Assembly: GCA_963555985.3 (NCBI GenBank)
Contig: OY820591.1
Span: 1,184,001 to 1,248,000, forward strand
Direction: 5' to 3'
Source of the DNA: Dehalococcoidia bacterium
GTDB taxonomy: Bacteria > Chloroflexota > Dehalococcoidia > Bin125
DNA length: 64,000 bases
A model generated the notes under the pieces. The model was not told the origin of the DNA. It did no database searches and saw only the letters and a list, made by a program, of their open reading frames with translations. Numbering within the stretch: position 1 is the first letter of the stretch; each line of letters opens with the position of its first letter. Of the stretch, positions 38,488-46,647 are shown in pieces. Both the position numbers and the translations under genes were made by a program.

Positions 38488-39843
38488 CTAGAAAGGGTGG
38501 GCGCGGACGGTGGTGATGGCGGCGAGATGGGTTCGGATTTGACGCCAGCTGTCGCCGGCGTCGGGGCTGGCGTAGAGTTCGCCGCCGCTGGAGCCGAGGT
38601 AGAGGCCGAGGGGATCGAGGCCGTCGGCGCCGAGGGCTTGGCGGTAGATCGTCTGGTGGAAGTCTTGCTGGGGCAGGCCGTCGCGGAGGGCTTGCCAGGA
38701 TTGGCCGGCGTCGCGGGTGCGGTAGACGGCGAGTTGGCCGCCTCGAGGCATTCGGGACTGATCGAAATCGAGCGGAACGAACCAGGCGGCGTCGGGGTCG
38801 TGCGGATCGATGGCGGCAGCGAAACCGAACTCGCCCGGGAGATCTTGTCCGACTTCGACCCAGGTGTGGCCGTCGTCGTCGGAGCGGTAGCGACCGAAGT
38901 GATTTTGTTGCCAGAGGCGTCCGCGCTGCTTGGGGTGGGCGAAGAGCGAGTGGACGCAGGGCGCGAAGTCTTGCAGTTCGGGGGGCATATGGTCGGAGCG
39001 GATGCCGTGGTTGCGCGGCTCCCAACTGCGTCCGGCGTCGTTGGAGGCGAAGACGCCGGTGGCGGAGCCGCCGACGATGATGCGCTCGGGGTCGTGGGGA
39101 TCGGCGGAGATGTGGTGGATCATGAGTCCGGCCGCGCCGGGCATCCAATGCTTGCTGTAGGGATGCTCGGCCAGGGCGGTGAGTTCTTGCCAGCTCGCGC
39201 CATGGTCATCAGAGCGGAACAATGCGGCGGGCATGACGCCGGCGTAGAGCGTGCCGTTCTGCGCGCCCGGCGTGATCGTCCAGACGACCTCCAGCGAGCG
39301 TTCGCCGTCGTCAAAGGCGGGTACCGGCGCTTCGTTCCAGGTTTGGCCGTGATCGTCGGAATAGTGCAGGCGGGGTCCCCACTGCATGTGGCTGACGGCG
39401 GCCCAGAGGCGTCCGCTGCGCTCGTCGCCGACGGCGTAATCGACCTGCCAGCCGGGGAACGCGAGAGGCAGCCACTGCCAGTCCGTTCGGCGCGGATCGC
39501 TACAACCGACGACCAGTCCTTTCTTGGTTCCCACGAGCAAGAGGACAGATCGGTCGGCGTCGGCGCTTGAGCCTCCTGAGACTGCGGGCAAGATATGGAG
39601 CCAATCACCGTCGGCGAGCGGATCGCTGAGACCGGCGCGATCGGCGACCTGTTCGTCGTTGATGAACAGATTGACGTGGGGGCGGAGGCGGTGGGCGTCG
39701 TCGAGGAGATAGGTGGACAGCTGCGGGTGAGCGTCGAGGAGCGCGTCCATCGCCTCGCGCGCGCTCGAACCGTGTACGCGGACCAGCTCAGGAGCTTGCA
39801 CGTGCGCGCGCAGCCCGCGAGCCAAGCGAATATCGATCGTCAT
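38488..39843 (-). CDS. MoaD/ThiS ubiquitin-like domain fused to BNR/Asp-box beta-propeller
   Basis: N-terminal LRPHVNLFIN..DGD..ILPAVSGG, then GTKKGL and repeated SxDxGxTW Asp boxes. Confidence 0.8.
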   Translation of the reverse strand: MTIDIRLARGLRAHVQAPELVRVHGSSAREAMDALLDAHPQLSTYLLDDAHRLRPHVNLFINDEQVADRAGLSDPLADGDWLHILPAVSGGSSADADRSVLLLVGTKKGLVVGCSDPRRTDWQWLPLAFPGWQVDYAVGDERSGRLWAAVSHMQWGPRLHYSDDHGQTWNEAPVPAFDDGERSLEVVWTITPGAQNGTLYAGVMPAALFRSDDHGASWQELTALAEHPYSKHWMPGAAGLMIHHISADPHDPERIIVGGSATGVFASNDAGRSWEPRNHGIRSDHMPPELQDFAPCVHSLFAHPKQRGRLWQQNHFGRYRSDDDGHTWVEVGQDLPGEFGFAAAIDPHDPDAAWFVPLDFDQSRMPRGGQLAVYRTRDAGQSWQALRDGLPQQDFHQTIYRQALGADGLDPLGLYLGSSGGELYASPDAGDSWRQIRTHLAAITTVRAHPF

Positions 39844-40059
39844 CGTTGTTCCCTCCGCAGCGCGGCTACAGGATTGATACAGAACACACGTACGCTCACT
39901 TTACCCGGCTGGATGGGCTTGTGCATGTCGGCACATCAACTCCACGTAACGCCTGGCGTCAGTGGCGCTGGGGATGTGTGGGGTGGATCGTGCGGCTTCC
40001 TCTGTCCCCTAGCGACGCAGGGGCAGGCACTACGTGACCTCTCCCTCCCCGCCTGCGGA

Positions 40060-40368
40060 GGCCCCCTGCCTGCGCAGGCGCAGGCTTTTGCAACAGTCTC
40101 TTGGGGGCGCGTTGGAGCTTGGTGGACCGGATCGCGCGATGTGAGGTCGGTGGTACGACCAGATATGGAAGCTGCTTCAGACTTGAGAGGTTCGAGATTC
40201 CCGCCTGCGCGGGAATGACGGAATTTGGGATTGCGCGCAGGTCTCTTCAAAGGGGGAGATCGATCATGGTTTGACTTAGGAGGTGAGACGTGGCGTAGTT
40301 AGGTAGCACGGCGGCGTTCTCACCCCCTCTGTCACTGTGTGACATCTCCCCCTCAAGGGGGAGAGCGA
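40060..40368. repeat. Repeat mosaic downstream of HTH paralog 2, including left copy of ~120-bp direct repeat
   Basis: ttttgcaacagtctc 40086-40100; direct repeat 40129-40258 with dRS3-like 40197-40216; REP-like double hairpin 40320-40366. Confidence 0.85.
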
Positions 40369-40395
40369 TCATGGGGAGAGGAGAGCGGAGGGTGG

Positions 40396-41202
40396 TTAGC
40401 CGGCGGCTGCGGTCTGGATTTGGATGTGCTCCTCCGACTGGCCCTGGAGCTGGGGGAAGCGGTCGACGACTTCGCTGAGCAGAGCGTCGTGTGCGGGCGG
40501 CTCGGGGAGTTGAACGGGGTTGGAAGGAATTTTTTCCTCGGGGGCCGGAATTTCGACGATCTCCCGCTCTGCGCTGGCGATCGTCGATTCGGGCTGTAAA
40601 GCTGTGGAAGGTTGGGGAGTTTCGGCCGGGGTTGGCGCCTCTTCAGCGTGGAGGTTGGGTTGGGCGGGTTGGGGAGATTCTGGAAGAATTTTTTCCTGCG
40701 GGGCCGGAATTTCGACGATCTCACGCTCTGCACTGGAGATCGTCGATTCGGGCTGTAAGGCTGTGGAAGGTTGGGGGGTATCGGCCGCGGTTTGGGCTTG
40801 CTCGGCTTGGAGGCCGGGTTGGTCGGGGCGCTGCGCGGCGCGGCGGTGGACCGCGCCGACGGTGCGCCGGATCTCGCGGACGAGGGCGGTCAGTTGCGCG
40901 TCCTGAGCGTCGCGGGCGCGGAGGTATTCGACCGGGGTGAGGCGGTCGGCGAGGCGCGCGACTTCGTCGCCGCGCGTGGCGAGGGCGAGCCGGAACTGGA
41001 GCAGTTGCAGGGATTCGAGCAGGAGATCGTCGGCGGCCGGGGCGGCGATGCTGCTCCAGTGGGCTTCGAGCAGGCGGAGGTCGTCGCGGACGGTGGTGTG
41101 GGAGAGGCCGAGTTGTTCGCCGATCTTGCGCAGGGAGTGGCCTTGCTGTTGGAGGTAGTGGACGCGGAGGGCGCGCCGTCGTCGGGCGGGCTGGATCTGC
41201 AT
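40396..41202 (-). CDS. Orphan HTH + coiled-coil protein, paralog 2, with 159-bp internal duplication
   Basis: LRKIGEQLGLSHTTVRDDL HTH; AADDLLL and REIRRT shared with paralog 1; AAAGGA RBS. Confidence 0.75.
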   Translation of the reverse strand: MQIQPARRRRALRVHYLQQQGHSLRKIGEQLGLSHTTVRDDLRLLEAHWSSIAAPAADDLLLESLQLLQFRLALATRGDEVARLADRLTPVEYLRARDAQDAQLTALVREIRRTVGAVHRRAAQRPDQPGLQAEQAQTAADTPQPSTALQPESTISSAEREIVEIPAPQEKILPESPQPAQPNLHAEEAPTPAETPQPSTALQPESTIASAEREIVEIPAPEEKIPSNPVQLPEPPAHDALLSEVVDRFPQLQGQSEEHIQIQTAAAG

Positions 41203-41296
41203 GGGTAGTCCTTTCTGAGTGATACATGGGTTCTGTGGCGACTATACTGAATTGGTGTTCGGGGTTGTGTATCGTGGTTTATGGAGGGGGAGGAGC

Positions 41297-41506
41297 GGAT
41301 CGTGCAATGTGAGGTCGGTGGTACGACCAGATTGGGAGTGACTTCAGACTTGGTTGCTTCGAGATTCCCGCCTGCGCGGGAATGACGGAAATGGGGATTA
41401 GGCGCAGGCCTTCCTCCGCAGGAATGACGGAGATGGGGGTTTTGCAACGGTCTCCCTGCGCGGGAATGACGGAAATGGGGATTATGCGCAGGTCTCCAAG
41501 GGGGAG
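41297..41506. repeat. Right copy of direct repeat with nested partial copies
   Basis: 26-nt identity 41307-41332 vs 40139-40164; dRS3-like 41364-41383; ggaatgacgga.atgggg x3; ttttgcaacggtctc 41440-41454. Confidence 0.85.
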
Positions 41507-41557
41507 TGGAAGGACAGTGTGTGCCGGGGGCGTACCTTAGTGGGTGAGGAGGTGCTT

Positions 41558-41953
41558 GTGTTGCAGGTTCAGGCTCTGGATCACATTGTGTTGGCGGTGG
41601 CGGACGTTTCGCGTTCGCTGGAGTGGTACTGCGAGCGGCTGGGGCTTGCTCCGGTGCGGGTGGAGGCTTGGCGTGCGGGGGAGGTTCCGTTTCCGTCGGT
41701 GCGGATTAGCGCGGACACGATTGTTGATCTGATCGCGCGGGATTCGGATGCGGCTGCGGGCGCTCGCAACCTCGATCACTTTTGTCTAGTGGTCGGCGCT
41801 GAGGACTTGGAGCGTGTGCGCGCCTCGGACGAGTTTGAGATCGTTCGCGATCCCGATTTCGCGCTGTTCGGCGCACGCGGGATGGCTGATGGTCTCTACA
41901 TCCTCGATCCGGACGGGAACGAGATCGAGTTGCGGGCCTATTCGAGCCCGTAG
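41558..41953 (+). CDS. VOC/glyoxalase family protein
   Basis: LDHIVLAV, LDHFCL, DPDGNEIEL; GGAGG RBS. Confidence 0.85.
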   Translation: MLQVQALDHIVLAVADVSRSLEWYCERLGLAPVRVEAWRAGEVPFPSVRISADTIVDLIARDSDAAAGARNLDHFCLVVGAEDLERVRASDEFEIVRDPDFALFGARGMADGLYILDPDGNEIELRAYSSP

Positions 41954-43089
41954 ATTCGCTTGACGTTGCCGCCGAGGACGCGCTCGCGGGCGGTTTCGTC
42001 CAGCGGTTCGACCAGTTCGACGAGGTCGTGAACCCAGGTGCCGGTGTGGTCGGGGTGGGGATAGTCGGAGGCCCACATGAACTTGTCGGAGCCTACGTAG
42101 TCCATGGTGTAGGCGGCGGAATGCTCGTCGGGGTCGCCGGAGACGAAGCACTGACGCTTGAAGTAGAAGCTGGGCTTCTCCTTGAGGGGGAGCGCTCTGC
42201 CGGCGAGGGTGTCGTAGACGGCGTCCATGCGGTCGAGCATGGAGCCGACCCAGCCGGAGCCGACCTCGAGGATGCCGAGCTGGAGGTTGGGGAATTTCTC
42301 TAGTGTGCCGAAGGCGAAGAAGCTAGCCAGGACCTGCTGGAGGCCTTGGCGCACGGTGACGTTGCCGTACCAGCCGGCGGCTGCGCCGAAGGACTGCATA
42401 TCGAAGCGCGGCGAGGTGTTGGAATCGAGGTCGAAGGTGGGGTGGATCGCCATTGGCACGCCCAGTTCTTCGGCCTTCTGCCAGAGTGGGTCGTGATCGG
42501 GATGTCCGTGGGGGATTTTGCTGTAGGTGAAGGGAGCGACGAATGCGCCGCGCGCGCCCGCCTTGACAGCGCGTTCGAGTTCTTCGACGGCGGCGGGGAT
42601 GTCGAGCATGGAGAGGTGCGCGATCGGGACCAGGCGGCCTTCGCTGGGGCGGCAGAAGTCGACGATCCAGCGGTTGTAAGCGCGGGTGTAGGCGTTGGAG
42701 ATCTCGGGGTCGTCGCACTCGCATTCCCAGAGCAGGCCGAGGGTGGGATAGAGCAGGGCCTTTTCCAGGTGCTCCTGGTCGAGCAGATCGACCCGCTGGG
42801 TTGCGTCGCAACCGCCGTAGGGCATGTGATCCATGTAGAGGCGGTCGGCGGAGGGGAGGACCTCCTGGCCCATCGCGCCCATGATGCCGAGCACGCCCTT
42901 GACGGTCTTGGTGGAGGGCCGGCCGTTGATTTCGAGGTATTCGAAGCCGTCCTCGTCGCGCTTGATCTGGAGCGCGCGGTCGCGGTAGCGCTCTTCGAGG
43001 TAGTCCTGCCAGAGGTTGGCGGGTTCGAGGATGTGTCCGTCGGCGTCGACGGCTCCGTCGTAGGGGAAACGGACGATTTCGTAGGCCAT
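41938..43089 (-). CDS. Amidohydrolase family (amidohydro_2) protein
   Basis: DADGH..EP, AYNRW, LEVGSGW, WASDYPHPD. Confidence 0.9.
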   Translation of the reverse strand: MAYEIVRFPYDGAVDADGHILEPANLWQDYLEERYRDRALQIKRDEDGFEYLEINGRPSTKTVKGVLGIMGAMGQEVLPSADRLYMDHMPYGGCDATQRVDLLDQEHLEKALLYPTLGLLWECECDDPEISNAYTRAYNRWIVDFCRPSEGRLVPIAHLSMLDIPAAVEELERAVKAGARGAFVAPFTYSKIPHGHPDHDPLWQKAEELGVPMAIHPTFDLDSNTSPRFDMQSFGAAAGWYGNVTVRQGLQQVLASFFAFGTLEKFPNLQLGILEVGSGWVGSMLDRMDAVYDTLAGRALPLKEKPSFYFKRQCFVSGDPDEHSAAYTMDYVGSDKFMWASDYPHPDHTGTWVHDLVELVEPLDETARERVLGGNVKRIYGLE

Positions 43090-43196
43090 GCTGAACTCCT
43101 GTGGCTTTTCCGAAGCGAGGATAGGGCTCTCAAATCGCTCGGGCGGAGCTCTGCGATAGCCTGAACTGTGACAACCGCCGACCAAAGGAGCGTGCG

Positions 43197-43658
43197 ATGT
43201 CTGCACACAATGCGGATGCCAAGGCCCTGGAGATGGGGCTCGATCTGTCGACCAATCCACCGTTAGCCAACTACGTGCCGGCGGTGCGGACGGGGAACCT
43301 CGTCTACCTGTCGGGTCACGGACCGTTTCAGGACGGTGAGTTGATTCGCGGGAAGCTCGGCGCTGAGCTCGATGTCGACGCCGGCTACCAGGCTGCTCGC
43401 GCGGTCATGGTGCAACTGCTTGGCTCGCTTCGGGCTGAGATCGGCTCGCTGGATCGCGTCTCGCGGATCGTGAAGCTGCTCTGCATGGTCAACTGCACGC
43501 CCGATTTCGGCAATCATCCCGGCGTCGCCAACGGCGCGTCCGACCTACTCGTCGAACTCTTTGGAGAGTCGGGGCGGCACGCGCGCTCGGCGGTGGGGAT
43601 GCAATCCCTGCCGATGGGCATGTCGGTCGAAATCGAGATGATCGTCGAGATTGAGTAG
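43197..43658 (+). CDS. RidA/YjgF family protein
   Basis: ANYVP..GNLVYLSG, NGASDL, HARSAVG, VEIE. Confidence 0.9.
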   Translation: MSAHNADAKALEMGLDLSTNPPLANYVPAVRTGNLVYLSGHGPFQDGELIRGKLGAELDVDAGYQAARAVMVQLLGSLRAEIGSLDRVSRIVKLLCMVNCTPDFGNHPGVANGASDLLVELFGESGRHARSAVGMQSLPMGMSVEIEMIVEIE

Positions 43659-43659
43659 G

Positions 43660-43720
43660 GCCCTCACCCCGGCCCCCGCATCAAGTGCGGGGCAGGCTCT
43701 CTCCCCTCGGGAGAGGGAGC
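43660..43720. repeat. REP-like palindrome carrying an AGCCTG-CCCCGC insert
   Basis: ccctcaccccggcc[cccgcatcaagtgcggggcaggct]ctctcccctcgggagaggg. Confidence 0.7.
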
Positions 43721-43755
43721 AAGAAGGGGGAGAGGGGACCAGAAAGAAGGACACT

Positions 43756-44754
43756 ATGCGACTGGGGATACTGGCCGGGTTTAGCGCTGATTGGCGTGAC
43801 ACGCTGGAGAAGGTCAAGATCGCCGAAGATCTGGGTTACGAGATGGTCGCCACCGGTGAGGCGTGGGGACATTCGGTGCTGCCCTGGTTGACGGTGATCG
43901 CGGCCAACACCGAGAAGATGCAGATCGGGACGGGCATCCTGAATACGTTTTCGCGCTCGCCGGCGGCGATTGCACAGGAGTTTGCGACGCTGGAGGCGAT
44001 CTCGGGCGGGCGGATGGTCTGCGGGCTGGGGTCGTCGGGGAATCTGGTGATCGAGGGATTTCACGGGGTGGAGTTCGATCGGCCGCTGCGCCGGATCCGT
44101 GAGTACACCGAGATCATCAAGATGCTGCTCAGCGGCCAGCGGCTGCAATACGAGGGGGAGATCTACACATTGCAGCGCGGCTTCCGGCTGCTGGGATTTG
44201 AGCCGGTGCGGGAGGATACGCCGGTCTGGATTGCGGCGATCACGCCGCGTTCGATTCAGCAGACGGGGGAGATTGCGGACGGGATCTATCCGATTCACTG
44301 GCCTCGGCGCGCGTTTGAGCCGTTGCAGCGGCAATTGGCGGGCGCATCGCGGGATGCGGGACGGCCTGAGGATTCGGTGACGATTGCTCCGTTCACGAAT
44401 GTCTACGTGACTGGCGACGGCGACGACGAGCAAGTCTGGCGGAATGCTCGGCAGCCGCTGTTTCACTACACGAACCGGATGGGTTCGTTCTACTGGCAGA
44501 TGTTGTCGCGTTCGGGGTTCGAATCGGAGATTCAGGAGTCGCGTGCGGCCTGGGCGGATCGTGACTCCGAGGGGGCGCTGATGGCGTTCTCGGAGAGCAT
44601 GGTGCGGGAGATTCAGGTGATCGGCCCGATTGAGTCGGTGACTGAGCAGTTGCAGGCGCGGTCGGACGCGGGGGCGCAGTTGCAGATGATCCCGCTGCCG
44701 TCGGGTACTCCGAGCGAGGTCGGCCGGCGGCTGGAACAGTATCTGGGCGGGTAG
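43756..44754 (+). CDS. LLM-class (likely F420-dependent) oxidoreductase
   Basis: AEDLGY..GEAWG, GTGI..RSPA, SGGR..GLGSSG, GEIADG. Confidence 0.88.
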   Translation: MRLGILAGFSADWRDTLEKVKIAEDLGYEMVATGEAWGHSVLPWLTVIAANTEKMQIGTGILNTFSRSPAAIAQEFATLEAISGGRMVCGLGSSGNLVIEGFHGVEFDRPLRRIREYTEIIKMLLSGQRLQYEGEIYTLQRGFRLLGFEPVREDTPVWIAAITPRSIQQTGEIADGIYPIHWPRRAFEPLQRQLAGASRDAGRPEDSVTIAPFTNVYVTGDGDDEQVWRNARQPLFHYTNRMGSFYWQMLSRSGFESEIQESRAAWADRDSEGALMAFSESMVREIQVIGPIESVTEQLQARSDAGAQLQMIPLPSGTPSEVGRRLEQYLGG

Positions 44755-44757
44755 CCG

Positions 44758-45009
44758 ATGTCTGACTCACAGATCGCGATTGAGGTCGTCTACTGCGCCG
44801 ACTGCGGCTATTGGCCGCGCACCGCCTGGATGCTGGGCGAGTTGATGACCGACATTCAGCACCTGGTGTCGGATGTTCGGCTAGTACCGGATACGAAAGG
44901 CGTGTTCGAGTGGAGCGTCGACGGCGAACTGATCTTCAGTAAGGCTGCGATGGGGCGGTTTCCCGACATGGACGAGTTGCGCGAGTTAATCTACGCCCGG
45001 ATCGATTGA
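44758..45009 (+). CDS. Rdx (SelT/SelW/SelH) family thioredoxin-like protein, CxxC form
   Basis: YCADCGYWPR, GVFE..VDG..FSK...RFP. Confidence 0.85.
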   Translation: MSDSQIAIEVVYCADCGYWPRTAWMLGELMTDIQHLVSDVRLVPDTKGVFEWSVDGELIFSKAAMGRFPDMDELRELIYARID

Positions 45010-45031
45010 CGCCCTGCGGAGGGAGACTGCC

Positions 45032-45571
45032 ATGCCCGAGACGATCGAAGTGCTGAGCCCGCTGGCTCATGTTGCGGTGCGCGAAGCGACGGCTGCGCCC
45101 CGACCTGTCACGCTTGATGGATTGCGGCCCGGGATTTTGGAGAATCGCAAGGCAAACGCTCGCTTACTGATGCAGACGATGGTGGAGCGTCTGGGCGAGC
45201 GGCATGAGCTCGGAGAGCTCGTGATTGGGAGCAAGCCGGTTGCGGGGCCGCCGTCGGATTCGACGGTGGATGCGCTTCGGAACGGGGCTGATTTCATCCT
45301 GATTGGGTCGTGTGATTGAGGATCGTGCACGACGTGGAGTGTCCACGCCGCGGTTCTGTTTGAGGAGATCGGGATCCCGACGGTGACGGTGGGTACATCG
45401 GCCTTTACCGACCTATTGCAGCTGGAAGCGGAACAGCGAGGATTGCCGGAATTGGATCGGCTGATCGTGCCGCATCCGCTCGGCGGTTTGCGGCCTGAGC
45501 GAGTGCGGGCCCGGATTGACGACGGGGTGGTCGCCCGGCTTGAGGCGGCGCTGATTGGCGGGGCGGGTTGA
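45032..45571 (+). CDS. UGSC-family selenoprotein (Sec at TGA 45317-45319)
   Basis: Reads IGSCD-UGA-GSCTTWS..EEIGIPTV..F..G.P..VPHP in one frame through the two ORFs 45032-45319 and 45383-45571. Confidence 0.85.
45333..45347 (+). promoter_or_regulatory. Candidate bacterial SECIS hairpin
   Basis: cgtgga-gtg-tccacg, G-containing loop about 20 nt after the UGA. Confidence 0.55.
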
Positions 45572-46626
45572 TGGCTGCGAGCGGGCGTCCGGCTGAGTCG
45601 TTTGCGTTGCCGAGCGATCCGTTTGCGTTCTCGCAGGAGTGCATCCGGCGCGGGTGGTCGGACGGGTTGCCGTTGATTCCGCCGACGGCGGAGCGGGTTG
45701 AGGCGATGATTACGCCTTCGGGCCGGGATCCGCTGGAGATGCTCGGTGTGCTGGCACCGCGGCAGGGTGAGGCGACGGTGCAGGCGATCGCGATCAACGC
45801 GGTGATGGCGGGCTGCCGTCCGCAGCAGTTTCCGATCGTCCTCGCCGCCGTCGAAGCCATTGCCCAACCGCCCTTCAACCTGGACGGGATCAATGCGACG
45901 ACGCATCCCTGCGCGGTGTTCGTTCTGGCCTCGGGGCCGGCGGCGCGGGCGGCGGGGATTCACGGCGGTTCGGGCTGTTTCGGGCCGACGTTCCCGGCCA
46001 ACGCGACGATTGGGCGGGCGGTGCGGTTGGTGCAGCTGAATGTGGCCGGGGCGACGCCGGGTCGCGGCGATCGGGCGACGCAGGGGACGCCGGCCAAGTT
46101 CGCGTTCTGCGCGACGGAGCGGGAGGACGCCTCACCCTGGCCGCCGTTCCAGACGACGCGCGAGCTCAATGCGGAAGACAGTTGCGTGACGACTTGGGCC
46201 TGCGAGGGACCGCACAACATCCAAGATCACGGCAGCAATACGGCTCTGGGCATCTTGCAGACTGTCGCCGGGGCGATGGGGCAGGCGGGGAGCAACAACA
46301 TTCTGGGCAAGGGCGAACCGGTGCTGGCGTTTGGACCGGAGCACGCCGAGACGGTGGCGTCGGAGGGCTGGACGCGCGAGTTGGTGCAGGAGTACCTGTG
46401 GGAGCACGCGCGCTATCCGGCGAGCAAGCTGTCGGCGGAGTTCCTGAGCGCGGTCAACGACCGCATGGCGGGCGGCGTTCTGCCCACGCACGGCGACGAC
46501 GAACTGCTGCCGATCACGGACAAGCCGGAAGAGATTCACATCATCGTGGCGGGCGGTCCGGGTAAGCACTCATGCTGGATGCCGACGTTCGGAGGGATGA
46601 CTCGTCCGGTGACGGTGAGGCTCTGA
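45571..46626 (+). CDS. Conserved partner protein of UGSC proteins
   Basis: GWSDGLPLIPPT.ERV, AINAVMAGCRP, NATIGRA.RL, QGTP, VAGGPG; TGATG coupling. Confidence 0.75.
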   Translation: MAASGRPAESFALPSDPFAFSQECIRRGWSDGLPLIPPTAERVEAMITPSGRDPLEMLGVLAPRQGEATVQAIAINAVMAGCRPQQFPIVLAAVEAIAQPPFNLDGINATTHPCAVFVLASGPAARAAGIHGGSGCFGPTFPANATIGRAVRLVQLNVAGATPGRGDRATQGTPAKFAFCATEREDASPWPPFQTTRELNAEDSCVTTWACEGPHNIQDHGSNTALGILQTVAGAMGQAGSNNILGKGEPVLAFGPEHAETVASEGWTRELVQEYLWEHARYPASKLSAEFLSAVNDRMAGGVLPTHGDDELLPITDKPEEIHIIVAGGPGKHSCWMPTFGGMTRPVTVRL

Positions 46627-46647
46627 TCGAGCAGAGGGAGACAGGGA

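Noticed and set aside
41360-41500. Three recurring ggaatgacgga.atgggg units resembling a CRISPR array
   Set aside because: Units are truncated or nested copies of the dispersed palindrome, spacers are not unique, and there are no cas genes
45032-45571. Two short ORFs or a pseudogene with a premature stop
   Set aside because: The UGA sits in the UGSC motif with in-frame continuation and a SECIS-like hairpin, so Sec readthrough fits better
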